Positions 12,821 to 25,784 of a DNA stretch of 64,000 nucleotides are shown here, one piece after another. Each line of letters begins with the position of its first letter. Within the stretch, counting starts at the first letter, position 1. The DNA lies in assembly GCF_964355755.1 (NCBI RefSeq), contig NC_092678.1:1938422-2002421 (forward strand), read 5' to 3'. A model generated the notes under the pieces. It saw only the letters and a list, made by a program, of their open reading frames with translations. It searched no databases and was not told the DNA's origin. Source of the DNA: Antedon mediterranea. Its lineage: Eukaryota; Animalia; Echinodermata. The translations under genes and the position numbers were made by a program.

Positions 12821-14094
12821 TTACAGGTTATTATTCAGTGGCCGTTCTTCCCTTCTTTTATTCAAAAATCTGACATATCGGCATTTGCCATTAACAGCTT
12901 CTTTGATGGCCTTTTCTTCCGTTATGGTCGAATTCGGAAAGATGACATCGACCTCTCTGAAAATAGCCAACATTTTTGTTTCTGGTAACGGTTTAAGCAC
13001 CCCTGTCCCACTTAAATTACAAGATAACAATTCATCTTTTAAGAAAACCATGTCCATTAATGCTCGAACAAGTGACGTTGCTCTATCCGCGCCATTGACA
13101 CATGTTTCAAAATCTTTTCTGCATACAGGTACTTCTCCGCCCAACTTGTATATTCCAGATTCAGTAGTTGGTGGTGGCAAAATCACTTTCTTAGTGAGCG
13201 TCTTCGGCGCAACTTTACATGCCCGTTTTAACATTGCCACTTCCTTTTCTAAACTTGTTAAACGTGTCAAAACATCTTTAACTGTAATTAGAGAAAAAAC
13301 GCACATTAATTTTTGTTGTAGATGTTTTGGGTTGTGGGGGATGGAGGGGTGCTAGGAATTACATTTGCATTGAGATAATGAGTGCATTCTGCCTGTAAAG
13401 GAAAACAACAATGGATAGACTATATATATATCAAAATCATTTAAACACTTACTAAAATGTATATTCAACAAAGATAATTGGCAGAAAATTTAGACGTTTC
13501 CCTCATGGTCAAAAGCATAACAACAATTACTTACGAGTATCACTCAATTCGGTATGGCTACATCCGACATCACTTGATTTGTTTTGTCCTCCAACATCAA
13601 CACTGTTTCCACCACTGTGTCCATTTGCTGACTGTTCCAACAGACAAGTTAGTCCTTCCAGTAGTTGTTGAACCGTGGTGTCTTGTTTCGGAGCTGTAAT
13701 TGGTATAGATAACAACAAATATATTAGTATGATAATGTTTAGTACAGTAGTTATTATTAACAACAATAATAAATGAAGGATAATCTCAATAGGCCAGTTA
13801 TTTGATTCATTATTCAAAGGATTATCATAAGGTCAACAAACAATAGGTGATCATTTTATTCTAAATTATCACCTAATTAAACTATAAAAAATACTTACAG
13901 CTTATTTGAAAGTCGTTTGATCCTTGGAGTCCTTGCAAAAACGAGTCGCTTGTGATAGCCGCAGCACCACGAAGGAATTCATCTTCATCGTCTTCTTCTA
14001 TGTCAAGAAAGTCGCTATCCAATCTTGTTTTTTTTGCTTTTGGTTCTCCGTTTGCACCCACTTCTTCGTCACTTTCTGTCAACTCGTCGTTCAT
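12821..14094 (-). CDS. BEN-domain protein, 3 exons (14094-13899, 13693-13535, 13281-12821), ~271 aa
   Basis: GTAAGT donors and TACAG acceptors, both introns phase 1, joined frame open; acidic N-terminus with PKAKKTR, coiled coil, C-terminal BEN-like LVRALMDMVF..ELLSCNLSG..PL..AI..AVNGKC; start codon uncertain. Confidence 0.8.
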
Positions 14095-14138
14095 ACCATT
14101 CGTTAATGTCACTACCACTTCTTTATCGCTTACCACCG

Positions 14139-14446
14139 TTAAATGGAATTTTTACAACAATAGTTCGGCTCGCACGATGAATACACGTGGTGATTTTTAC
14201 AAGAGGGGTACAGTGCGTGTACATTAAATGGAATTTTCACAACAATAGTTCGGCTCGCACGATAAATACACGTGGTGATTTTTACAAGAGGGGTACAGTG
14301 CGTGTACATTAAATGGAATTTCCACAACAATAGTTCGGCTCGCACGATAAATACACGTGGTGATTTTTACAAGAGGGGTACAGTGCTTGTACATTAAATG
14401 GAATTTCCACAACAATAGTTCGGCTCGCACGATAAACACACGTGGT
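14139..14446. repeat. 85-bp tandem repeat x~3.6 at the 5' end of the BEN gene
   Basis: AAATGGAATTT..ACAACAATAGTTCGGCTCGCACGAT recurs every 85 bp. Confidence 0.92.
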
Positions 14447-15003
14447 CAACAAACAACATACTTTAGCAGGATTTTCGATCATTATTTATTTAAAAAGTAA
14501 ATTGTATTCGATGTATTATAAATATATAGGTCTGGTTGTCGATTAAAAAATAATAATTGAACGATTCGCGCGCGAAACGACATGCAATATCCAGTTGAAT
14601 TTGTCAACACGCCATGTCAATTGATATGGGTCGACGCACAGAGGGCGCTTTTTGACCTAAGAATTCCGATCTTAATTGGTTTCGTGTCAGCTTACCGGTA
14701 CTTTGTTTATTCGTACGAACGTCGTATGGGTTTTACCCCAAGGGTAAAAACCAAATAAACGTGTATTTCAATCGCCGTACGAACACGGTCTATGATAGGT
14801 GGAATGCCCCACCTCTTTTCTGGTTATTAACTGACCAATCACATTTCATTGTACTGTACATATATAATATAATACAAGTTCTGAATAAACTGTTAGTTCA
14901 AGTTCTCATGTAACACTGTTGAGTTATATCTTATTTTTATCCGTTGTTGTTTGCTTCCAAGTCGAGATTATGGCTACTCATAATCTAACAAACATTTCTA
15001 TAG

Positions 15004-15166
15004 TTTTCACGATATTTTACAATTTGAATCTTGGGACACAACCGACAACGCGATGCCACATGGTGGCTTAGGTAAATGTTTGATTTGTCCTGCGTATACG
15101 CTATTTAACAATTCCGACGTCACTGCTCATCGCAGAAAATATCACCCAGGACAACAAATATTGTAA
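15004..15166 (+). pseudogene. Orphan terminal exon encoding one C2H2-type finger
   Basis: Acceptor TTTCTATAG, frame FHDILQ...GKCLICPAYTLFNNSDVTAHRRKYHPGQQIL*, AATAAA at the stop. Confidence 0.5.
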
Positions 15167-15196
15167 ATAAAAATCGTAACAAATATAAATATAAAT

Positions 15197-15935
15197 GTTT
15201 TTACTCCAAATTCTGCCGGTCTTATTTAGATCGTTAAAAAGATGACTGGTCATTTAATTTTATTCATTTAATGTTTGATTCTATGTTTTGTGAATTTTAT
15301 TTTGTTTATAAATTCTATTTAATTTAATTTTGATTGTTACACGTTAGGCCTATATATGTCTCGTCATAATCATATTGTATTGTTGTGAGGGTCCCTAATG
15401 ATCAGCTACGGCTGGATGGACCACCTTCGTTATTGTTGAAATAAATAAATCATTGGCCATTTTTTCGTTGCACAAAGGCCTAATTGTATTAATATTTAAT
15501 TTATACTTATTAAACAAGGAATATATTGATTTTGTCGTCGATGTATTTTTAAATTTGTTTACTAGCATAACAATGATCTCCCTATGCCCACATAAAAAAC
15601 ATTAAGTATTTGCTTTTCGTTCGGCTTGAGTGGTCACGATTTGGCATTACAAACTGAATGTACTGTACCGGGGTACTGTACCTCTATTATGCACGATAGC
15701 AATTCCAACGCTCCATAAATTCTTCGATTTACACATAAAAATGTAATACTATTATTTTGATTTTTTTTTTATTGTGGACAATTAAAAACATGGTGCCGAT
15801 CGGAAATTCTGAGTGCCGCGACGTGGTTAAAACCCGTCAGTTGAGCCGGCCTCGTGGTCGTCTCCCAAATTTAATAATATTAACGATGTAGAATAACTTT
15901 GAATACTGTAGTAGCCTACGGTACTGTACAACGAA
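15197..15935. repeat. ~750-bp direct repeat, copy 2
   Basis: Aligns to 11711-12475. Confidence 0.9.
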
Positions 15936-16386
15936 CATAAGAATGACTTTAACGATTGTACATAGAGAATACTCAAGTTCCATCAATATTCTTAATAAAT
16001 AAATCGTAACAAATATAAATATCGATTTTTTAATTGTTTTTTTTTGTTTGTTCAAAATAATTTAATTGACATTTTTTACCAGTACTACTTGACATTCTTT
16101 TTATATATTGTGTGGTAAATTAGCAATGCATTAAACTTGAAGGACAAAATAATATGTTAACAGAACAAAACTGTATGACCAAGAATATGACATTTAGCGA
16201 AAATTATGGATAAGGGATTCATACTCTGATTGCATGAACACAGTTAAAATATTTTAAATTATTATATTCGTAGACAACAAATATTACATTAAATGCATTT
16301 AATTAACACACAGCCTCACGCGCCGTAGAAAAAAATGCCGATGTGAGGTGGTTTCCCGATTAATCGTACGATCAAAACGGTACTGG

Positions 16387-16417
16387 GTATGATCATGGAG
16401 TTACTCCATGGTATGAT
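16387..16417. mobile_element. Minimal TIR-only insertion with 7-bp TSD (P-element-like ends)
   Basis: GTATGAT | CATGGAGTTACTCCATG | GTATGAT. Confidence 0.65.
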
Positions 16418-18199
16418 CATATACCTCCATGGATCAACTACTGTAGACACTCAAGTCTAGCCTATAAATGTGAACATCGCGTAGGTCGACAGTATTTAAG
16501 AAAAAGTAATTCATTTTGTTGTACTGAACTAAACTGTTACTGTACGTAGTGTACTTTATAGAATGTGTGAGTAATTAGTCAATCTATACTGTAATAATAA
16601 TATTTATTAAAACATTCTGTGTTTTATAACAGTAACTTTTCTACGGTTCTTGAATGTTGACGATAAAACAGTAGGCGAAAGGCAGCTAGGCGCGCCTAGA
16701 CATTGTTTACACGATCTACGGCAGCAGCAGTACGTAGGCATAATAAATCCAACGACGTTTAACGCTAAACGCGCGTCCAACGGCTAAACAATTACAGTGG
16801 GCGGTGGGCGGTACAATACTAAATGCATAAATTAATTAGCTCTTTTACGATCGTTGCACGCGTTAAACGATCAAGCTATCAACGGTGACCGTTTGACGCG
16901 GTTTGTACGTTTGGAAACATTTGGACATGACGCCTTTATAAAATTACATAGGTCGATTTGATGGTAAGACATTTTGTTTAAAATCGAGTGAAATCCCGAT
17001 AGCCGAGTTTTATTGAGTAAGCTGGCAGTAATAACTGTAGGTTATCTGTGTCCCGTTAGGACCGGGATGTCTGCCCATGTTGCAAGCCGTCTAAAATGAC
17101 TTCTTTCTTGGGCCGAAACGGCCTACTCTGTTGTGGAAGTTAGTTTCAAAAGATGTTTAAATTAAATAATGTATTAATTATTATGATGGTATTTATTTGA
17201 ATAAACGCCTCTCCAATAAAACATCACTTTGAATAATAATCTCCCCCCCCCCCTCCTCCAAACTATCTAATAAACGCCCATCCACATTTATAATACACAC
17301 AATATTGTATTATATTTATAATAACACAATGATACTATTTGTAGTAGAATTCCTCCCACTGTTATCTACAATTTACCAAGCATTTGACATTTTATTTTAA
17401 TAAACGCCTCCCCAATAAAACAGTACCGTACTTTGAATAATAAAAGAAAGAATAAAAGAAGTCTTCCACACATTTGGCAATAATGTGTACATGAAATCCA
17501 TTAAAAGTTTTTGGAAAGTTAGTGTTTCCATCATTATTAATTACGGTCTTCTCTGTCGACAGTCCTTTTGATCGACTGAACTTTCTGATAGAATATTTAA
17601 AATTCATCAGTGGAAAATTAAATGAAGTCGGTCGGTGGAAACGGAATAATTTAGGGTTGGCAGATCAGTGGCCTTGATATTAGCTTTAGACCGGGTGGAA
17701 GTGCCTTTAGGCTCCTCCTTACAATTACATCCATGTACTAATATAATATTATTTTAAGAATTCATAATAAACAGATTTCACCAACCTATAATATGGATGG
17801 ACCACATTTATTGGTCTTCTTTTTTCCTGTAAAATAAAATACATAGTTTGTTTATTCAGTCTTTTTCACATATAAATGACGATAGAATAATTGGTGATCT
17901 TAACAAAATAATCTATTGTTATTGTACAACCTCTTTATTTTTATTAGGTGATCTTTTTTGTAAACAAGATCGCCTATTGTTATTTAATAATCCTTATTCT
18001 TATCTTTTTCTTTCTGTAGACATTTTGTTAAGCAATTATCTAAAAAATCTAATCTTAGAACACGGCCATAATAAGCTTTTAAGCGTGAACACTCAACTTG
18101 TTGTTGATCCATGTTACCCGAGTTTTAGTCACTAAATATTAATCTTCTGGTATGTCAATAAACTGTGATTCCTTCTCCTGGACCCACCAGTGGAGCACA

Positions 18200-18730
18200 T
18201 ACAGAATAAAATAAGGTCAATATATACCGTAAAAAGCAATAACAGGCCTAATTATATTACATTTTCTGTTCTGTCAAAATTGGTCACATTGAAGGTTACC
18301 AATCGTACTACTCTTGTGGATAAGGCACTTTATTTAAAGATTTTCAATCCCTATATAAACTTTTTATCATGTCATAACAAATAACTTCAATCTTCCTTCA
18401 AATTATTATTAAACTATACAAAAATCAACCTTTACCTCTGAAGTGGCTGGTGTAGTTGTCTGAAAATAAGTAAAATCAATAAATTAAGGAGGTATTTAGA
18501 ACATCATTTTAAAGCATTCTCTACTTAAATGTATAGTGTAATTTGTCAATACACTGCTCCCTTCATGTGCCACAAGTGGAGCGCAGTAAAAAAAAAATAA
18601 ACAATGCATTATAATTCAAACATATCATTATTACACCCATATACACATTTTGAAATACAAAGTTTTTTAATTTTATATTAAATATATTACACATAGGCAG
18701 AATTAACAAGAAATTGTTGTATATAATAAA
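18200..18730. repeat. Local duplication (copy at ~23120-23625) containing a candidate 24-nt minus-strand micro-exon
   Basis: Near-identical blocks 4921 bp apart; TTTTCAG|ACAACTACACCAGC(C/A)ACTTCAGAG|GTAAAG at 18436-18459 and 23357-23380. Confidence 0.85.
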
Positions 18731-21362
18731 ACAATAAAGCATTTTCACAAGTCGAAAGAAGATCAAATCCAAAATTTAACTTGCGTCATCGTTCGGGTTC
18801 GGGGTACATCCCCATTAGAACTTTTTGGTCAAAATCCTTATCAGATAAATCAACTTAGCAGGTGATTAATGACCTTAATCTTATTATACCCCTGTGATTT
18901 TATTAGCTCTCTTGTAATTGATTAGGACAAGGTACATTCTTCAGTATGCAAGGTCAATGGTCAGGCAAAAACTAGCAAAATTTGGTGATGATCAAAAGGT
19001 TTAATGACCTGCCTATCAAAGACTTATATAAACACATGTCACAGTAGGAGGTTAAGTGACATTTACCCGAAGTTTTGAAAAACTTTGGGTAAAAATGAAC
19101 ACATTCTCTAATGGGGCTGTACACGTAATGTTCTATTCTTGTCAGGACGCACACACCAGAAGTAACGATACAATAAGATTGATTGCAATAAGATTGATTG
19201 CAATTTGGTATTCTTTATTTGTGAATATCAGTACTCAAGGTGAAGAACACAACAGCAATGAAACGGAAAGAAAAACCACTAAAAAACAATCAGAGAAATT
19301 CTTTAACAAAATGTATTAAAGGTGACAATACATTATCTGTCTCAACTATATAAATATCTCAAAACAAACAACAAGTTCTTAACATTTCTTTATCTATATA
19401 TAAATTTACGTAAGGGCAAAATTCTGTAAATCGCGCGTTATTTCTAGAATGTTTACTCGATGGTATATAAAGTTGGTTCGTACTTTCGGTACTGATTTTA
19501 ACCACCTGATGTAACCCTGTTTACTAATTAAATTAAGTTAGATAATTAGTTATTGACGATTAAAACAAATTTAGGTTCAACGATTTGCCCCAGATAGGGG
19601 TGTTTTCCGATCGTGGTATACACTGTCTAATGGATGTCCATCTTGAAAAATACCCGCCACAAAAATGCGAGGAGGCTTCGCATTTTCCTATCTCCTCCTA
19701 CAATAATTGTTTTTAATAGCTGAAAACCGGTTGAACAGCTCGAGTACAGTATCATAATGTTGAAGACAGGCCGATTTTCTTTAAAAAATACTATTTTGAT
19801 AGATTTAATATACGTTTATACAAATGTATTGATTTGCGATAAATGGAACATTCCAATCTCTGTGTCGTTCCACAAGTGTCTATTCCCTCAGGCGTCGTAA
19901 AGGAAAGTACTGTATACTCATAACAGAAATTCGATCCTTTTTTTTTTCAATCTGTGCTGCAGAGGTTGGATATAATTTTTTTTAAATGGATAATGAGCTA
20001 GCGTTTTCAGTCGCCGTAATTTAATATTTATTACCGATTAAATCGAATTTATGATTTGCCCCGAATAGAGGTGGTTTTCACAAATTGTTTAACATTATAT
20101 GTAACAGGTTCGTACTACTAGCGTCGTAGCTTTATCGCGTAGTATTTTCAGGAGCTGCAGCACTGGCACAAACACAATAAAATCATCCACAGAGACAGTT
20201 CTTGGTTTGGAAAAGTTAAATTCTTTTATTGAAGCTAGTAACCAGTCGGAAGGAGATATAACAAAAACAGTGTTACTATTTAAGATAACATCAGTGATCG
20301 TATCATTAACGACAGTATAGGCTACTATTGCGTTGTGTCTAGTATAACAATCAACAATCAACTATATTAACTATAGTAAAACAATTCTAAAATTAAGAGA
20401 GATAAAAATATAGATGCTTACCTAGTAACCAGTCGGAAGGAGATGAAAACCTTCACTTTGGGCTAGGCACTAGTAAGTGTCATCCATTCCCAGTTGGGTA
20501 CTATGACAATTTTTAACCGATGGTACATACATTTACCATAACGTTATTTCGTAGTTTACAGAACGATTGTATTGTAACTCGAGTCATACACATGTAATTA
20601 TCAATTTAAAGTTCGGTTATACAAAAAAAGAAACTATTAAAAATGCAAATCAATTAACAAAATCCCTTGTCCATTTATGAACTGACCCATACTGAAACAT
20701 TATACACTAAATATTCATGACCATTTTCCCGCCACTTGGATGAGGTGACTCATCTATTTATAGCATGGTCACTTATCATTTCAGCTTTTACTTTAATGGG
20801 TCCCACAAGGTTTCTCAGATTCAAGTCAGATTCAGCAGATAAATCATTCAAGTATTTGGGTATAAGCATACCTGTTACCCTGTTACATATATATAAACAT
20901 ACGTCGTAGTGTATCGTTACATGTACTGTACTATTTCAATCGACTACAACGGTGATAGTTTCAACCAAGTATTACATCGCAATGTTTTACTGTGTTTAGT
21001 GGTATATTATTTGTAAAACATGTTAATTAATATTTCAATAGATGGATAAAGAATATATTTAAACATTGTTCCTCTTTGCACCCATCCTCTTTCCCATCTC
21101 TCAACCATAATGTTACATACAAAACACAAATTAAGTTTGTTTAAATTTGACTTAAACAATTGGTCTCATTTTGTGACAACATTCTCTTTCGGAAGTAATT
21201 ATTCCCAGTGTGCTAATTTTAGTTGAGTACATAAATCACAGTGTCTATTTAATCGTTCCTGTAAACGACATATATTATTGCCCTGCATTATTGTACATTT
21301 GAAATCGCCAGTTTTTTAACGCTGAAATTACTGTGTATTCGAGAACCATCTGTGGGCACGAC

Positions 21363-21400
21363 CTAGATGGTACGCGAGCGAAGCGAGCGTACCATCTAGT
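21363..21400 (+). other. Helitron-type terminal hairpin
   Basis: 13-bp perfect stem CTAGATGGTACGC/GCGTACCATCTAG around GAGCGAAGCGA, ending CTAG-T. Confidence 0.55.
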
Positions 21401-22699
21401 CTGTATAATAACATTAAGCCTAAATCAGTAGCATTGTACCCATAATAATACATGTTAATATCAACAATCTAGCACTTGGCCATTCCGACTTACCCAACTA
21501 GAGATAAACTATCTTAAATTCTCAAGTCAAGAAAATGACGGTAATCCTCCAATTTTGTTGTCAAATTTCACTAGTGCAAAACACTAAAAATAATAATCAA
21601 TATAAGCCACAATAGTTTAAACAACCAACCTAATTATCTATTTTTACTCTTCTATACAACTTATAACTAGCTTAAAACTCAAAAATATTTATTTAAAATC
21701 TGACGCTCGATCCACACGGGTGCAGCCATCTTGAATCTTTGTTTACAACTATAGCGCCACCAATCATAAAATAAATCCTAATCAACTACAGCGTGACGCC
21801 CTCATCGGTCAAAAACTAGTTTACAAAATCCACCATTTTATCGATAAAACTGATGTTCAGTGAACATAATCCTCGCAGCATAATAATAACAGGACAGGAC
21901 ATAATAAATCCTCATAATCTAATAAATATACTCTTCTCTAAATACTAATTACTTATAAGTCAATTACTGACACGCAACTAGTCCGAGAAACAATATCTCC
22001 AATGTAATTATTTACTAAATTTGTACCACTCTATATGACTGATCGGACAGTGAGGTACACTAGCTGATTCTGCTCGGTGGCTGCGAATAACATTCATTCA
22101 AGCCTAGCCTAAAGTTACTTAATATAATCCAAACTACTTTTATCATCTCCTATAACCAACGTACCTTAGAACAAAATAATATCAATCTCAAATTTGAAGT
22201 TTAACAGGTATAATTAATAAGATGCATAAAGATAAATAACGGATGTTATTAACCTCAATCTCAGTTTATTGGCGCTCCAAAAACATGTGTCCTCTCGCCG
22301 CGTCGCGGGAACAGCCTCATTACACCGAACCACCATCTACAATTATTCCTCCTATTCAATCAATCTTTAAAATTGAACATCGCCATATAACACTTAATTT
22401 GATGAACTATATTATTACACTGTTCTAGTTTAGTTTGAAAGAATTCAGTCTACGACACTTGGCTAAGAATATCCTCAATAATTGAGTTAGTGCTTGTAGA
22501 ATATCTCTTTGTGTATTATAATTAGGGCAGTAACATAAGAAATGAAGCGGATTCTCAACATTAAAGCCACAATTACAATTTGGATTGTCTCGAAGTCCAT
22601 TTAAGAATAAATGAGAATAAATGAGAATTGAGACTTAAGTTGGATTCTAGTGTGAATTTGGTTAATCTTCTTATCACTTGTATTATAAGAACGTTTTTT

Positions 22700-22960
22700 T
22701 GTTTTAAACAAGTTGGTTTTCAATAACAATTTTTTAAACTGATGAATTTTTAATTTCATTATGTACTGTAACTCGTTCCAATGTGTTATAATAGATGGGA
22801 CAGAAGACAAATGATATGATGTGGTCTTACAATTATATTTCGGATGTTACGCAAGTTATAAACTTAAATATTGTCAAAAAAATTAAATAAGGAGTAAAGA
22901 TGTTAACTTATGAATAATTTAAAAAAAACAGTATTAGATTAGAAATTGTCTACGTTTGTT
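22700..22960 (-). pseudogene. Degraded LINE 3' fragment
   Basis: RRTISNLILFF, SIITHWNEL and FKKL-like motifs in shifting frames. Confidence 0.45.
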
Positions 22961-23911
22961 CAAGATAATAAAAAAGAGCCAAATTGCTTGTAAAACTACA
23001 ATTAAAAAGAAGTCAGCATAAACACACACAACATCAATACAACACACAAAAATTAGCAAAAATCTCAAAAAAAAAAAAAAAAAAAAAGACTGAAGCAACA
23101 CCATCAGAGAGAAGGGTGAACATAAAATAAAATATGGTTAATATATACCGTAAAAAGCAGTAATATGCCTAATTATATTACATTTTCTGTTCTGTCAAAA
23201 TTGGTCACATTGAAGGTTACCAATCGTACTACTCTTGTGGATAAGGCACTTTATTTAAAGATTTTCAATCCCTATATAAACTTTTTATCATGTCATAACA
23301 AATAACTTCAATCTTCCTTCAAATTATTATTAAACTATACAAAAATCAACCTTTACCTCTGAAGTTGCTGGTGTAGTTGTCTGAAAATAAGTAAAATCAA
23401 TAAATTAAGTAGGTATTTAGAACATCATTTTAAAGCATTCTCTACTTAAATGTAGTGTAATTTGTCAATTTGTCTAGTGGAGCGCAGTAAACAATTTTTA
23501 TTTTCTTAGGTTACTAAAAAATGATTTCTAAGCAATTCGAACATTTTGAAATACCAAGTTTTTTTTTTTTTATTAAATATATTACACAGAGGCAGAATTA
23601 ACAAGAAATTCTTGTATAAATAAAAATGGGTCATAGTATTGTTTGTTTAAATGTGAATTGGTTTTTTTAATAAATATTTTAATTGATTATTACTATGTAT
23701 TTTTTAAAACTTGTTCAACTTTTAATTTTATAGGACTTTTTTTTCTTTTGTAAATGGGGAAAATAGAAGAAATAGCTTATACTTTAAATTTCTTTTTTTT
23801 TTCAAGTCACCGCTGCGTCGCTTTTGTTTTTGGTTTACCATATTTATACTGAATTTCTAAAAAAATGGTAAACTGGAGCACAGTGTATTTAACATTGCAA
23901 TATAGGCCTAC

Positions 23912-24002
23912 CGTGTGCATGCGTTTTTGATGTCTTTCCAGACGAACAAATTCAATGTCGCAGATGTCGCACTGTTTCAGTTTTCCCTTGGTGGGGTTTC
24001 TT
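23912..24002 (-). other. Zinc-finger exon type A (91 nt, phase 2 to 0)
   Basis: TTTTAG|A-RNPTKGKLKQCDICDIEFVRLERHQKRMHT|GTAGGC. Confidence 0.7.
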
Positions 24003-24228
24003 CTAAAAGTTAAAGAAAATAAAATCACATTATTACATAAAAACAATAATCAGTGGCTTATAGTCCTTCTGTTACAAATATTTCTAATATGAAAGTTTTA
24101 GAAGGCAAAAATTGTTTATTTAACATGTATATTTGAAACAACAATATTTATGTTTAGCTAGTAACATGCATCTGTTTTAGGCTATGTAATATGAGAGATA
24201 ATATTGCATTTTCTTTCAGGACAATATG

Positions 24229-25003
24229 AATTCACTGTGAATCTGGTAGTGCCCTGACGGATGATATTTATTAATGCATCATCCGTCAGGTCACAGTAAA
24301 CATTATACGTTGTTAATTCACTGTGAATCTGGTAGTGCCCTGACGGATGATATTTAATAATGTATCCGTAAGTGCACATAAACATTATACGTTGTTAATT
24401 CACTGTGAAACTGGTAGTGCCCGACGGATGATATTTATTAATGCATCATCCGTCAGGTCACATATAGTAAACATTATACGTTGTTAATTCACTGTGAATC
24501 TGGTAGTGCCCTGACGGATGATATTTAATAATGTATCCGTAAGTGCACATAAACATTATACGTTGTTAATTCACTGTGAAACTGGTAGTGCCCGACGGAT
24601 GATATTTATTAATGCATCATCCGTCAGGTCACATATAGTAAACATTATACGTTGTTAATTCACTGTGAATCTGGAGTGCCCTGACGGATGATATTTAATA
24701 ATGTATCCGTAAGTGCACATAAACATTTTACGTTGTTAATTCACTGTGAAACTGGTAGTGCCCGACGGATGATATTTATTAATGCATCATCCGTCAGGTC
24801 ACATATAGTAAACATTATACGTTGTTAATTCACTGTGAATCTGGTAGTGCCCTGACGGATGATATTTATTAATGTATTATCCGTCAGGGCACATTATAGT
24901 AAACATTATACGTGTATCATCCGTCAGGGCACATATAGTAAACATTATAAGTTGTTAATTCACTGTGAATCTGGTAGTGCCCTGATGGATGATATTTATT
25001 AAT
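24229..25003. repeat. Hairpin minisatellite array 1 (alternating 82/89-bp units)
   Basis: AATTCACTGTGAA at 24229, 24315, 24397, 24486, 24568, 24657, 24738, 24827, 24957. Confidence 0.92.
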
Positions 25004-25632
25004 CAGTTTAATCTAGCTAGGTCAATTTTTCACAGTATATTCCTTATGGCCAGGAATCAATGTGGTTATGTTTTCACGGTGCGCAATAAAAAATTACGCG
25101 GTCTACGCACGATTTAACGAAATCACGTTTGTAATCATATCTTCACAACCATGAATCACAATTAAATAAAATTTGGTACTCATAAATTTCAGGGCATAAA
25201 TCATCATATGGCAATACAATTACGTGCGTAGCGCATGTAACACATGCGTACGCGCGCTTAACATTTTCAAAATTTATTTTCGATGAAATAAGAGTACATT
25301 TCAGGCAATTTTAAGTGTTTACAAAATTGCCATGAGTGCGCATATTTTTGCGCGCGCACTGCGCGTTAAATGTTATTACGCACTCTTTTTGCCCGATTTC
25401 TGTTTTCTTGACTTACTTTTCAACTCGAAATTACGTTATACGAGCACGTCGAAAGTGACAGGCTACGCACGTGTAAATTTTAAAAAAACAAATGTTTTTA
25501 AACATTTCAACATTTTTAAACATGTTCAGTAATTTCGGTCAGTATAGTTCACTATGTCGGTCGGTCGGTCTCTCTGTCTGTCTGTCGGTGTGTCTGTCGG
25601 TCCGGTATCACTATGCATTGTAGCACGCGACT
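25004..25632 (+). mobile_element. Helentron-associated (HINE/DINE-1-like) element, 5'-truncated copy
   Basis: Near-identical to 32097-32785; (GTCG/GTCT)n tract and GCACGCGAC..GGCTGTTGGCCTTGTT 3' end. Confidence 0.65.
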
Positions 25633-25784
25633 TAATGGCTGTTGGCCTTGTTTTTCTTAATTTCATAATAAATCATAAATATGATACATACACTTGAAAA
25701 TGAAATTGAGAGAATAGGGTTCACTGAGCATTCTGACGATCAATATTAATTTTAAAATTAAGCACATTTTCATCATTTTTTATA

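Larger units (their letters stand above)
11021..16934. mobile_element. TIR-bounded DNA transposon-like element (PIF/Harbinger-like ends), no transposase, carries a BEN gene
   Basis: 26-bp TIRs 11021-11046 and 16909-16934 (25/26 match, GGCGTCATGTCCAAATGTTT...); patchy inverted similarity extends ~200 bp inward; TSD not clean (TAT/TTT). Confidence 0.75.

Noticed and set aside
20095-20870. Possible minus-strand exons with faint fibronectin-III-like look and a 23-bp local duplication
   Set aside because: Candidate exons contain stops or lack consistent splice phases; the similarity is too weak to call by eye
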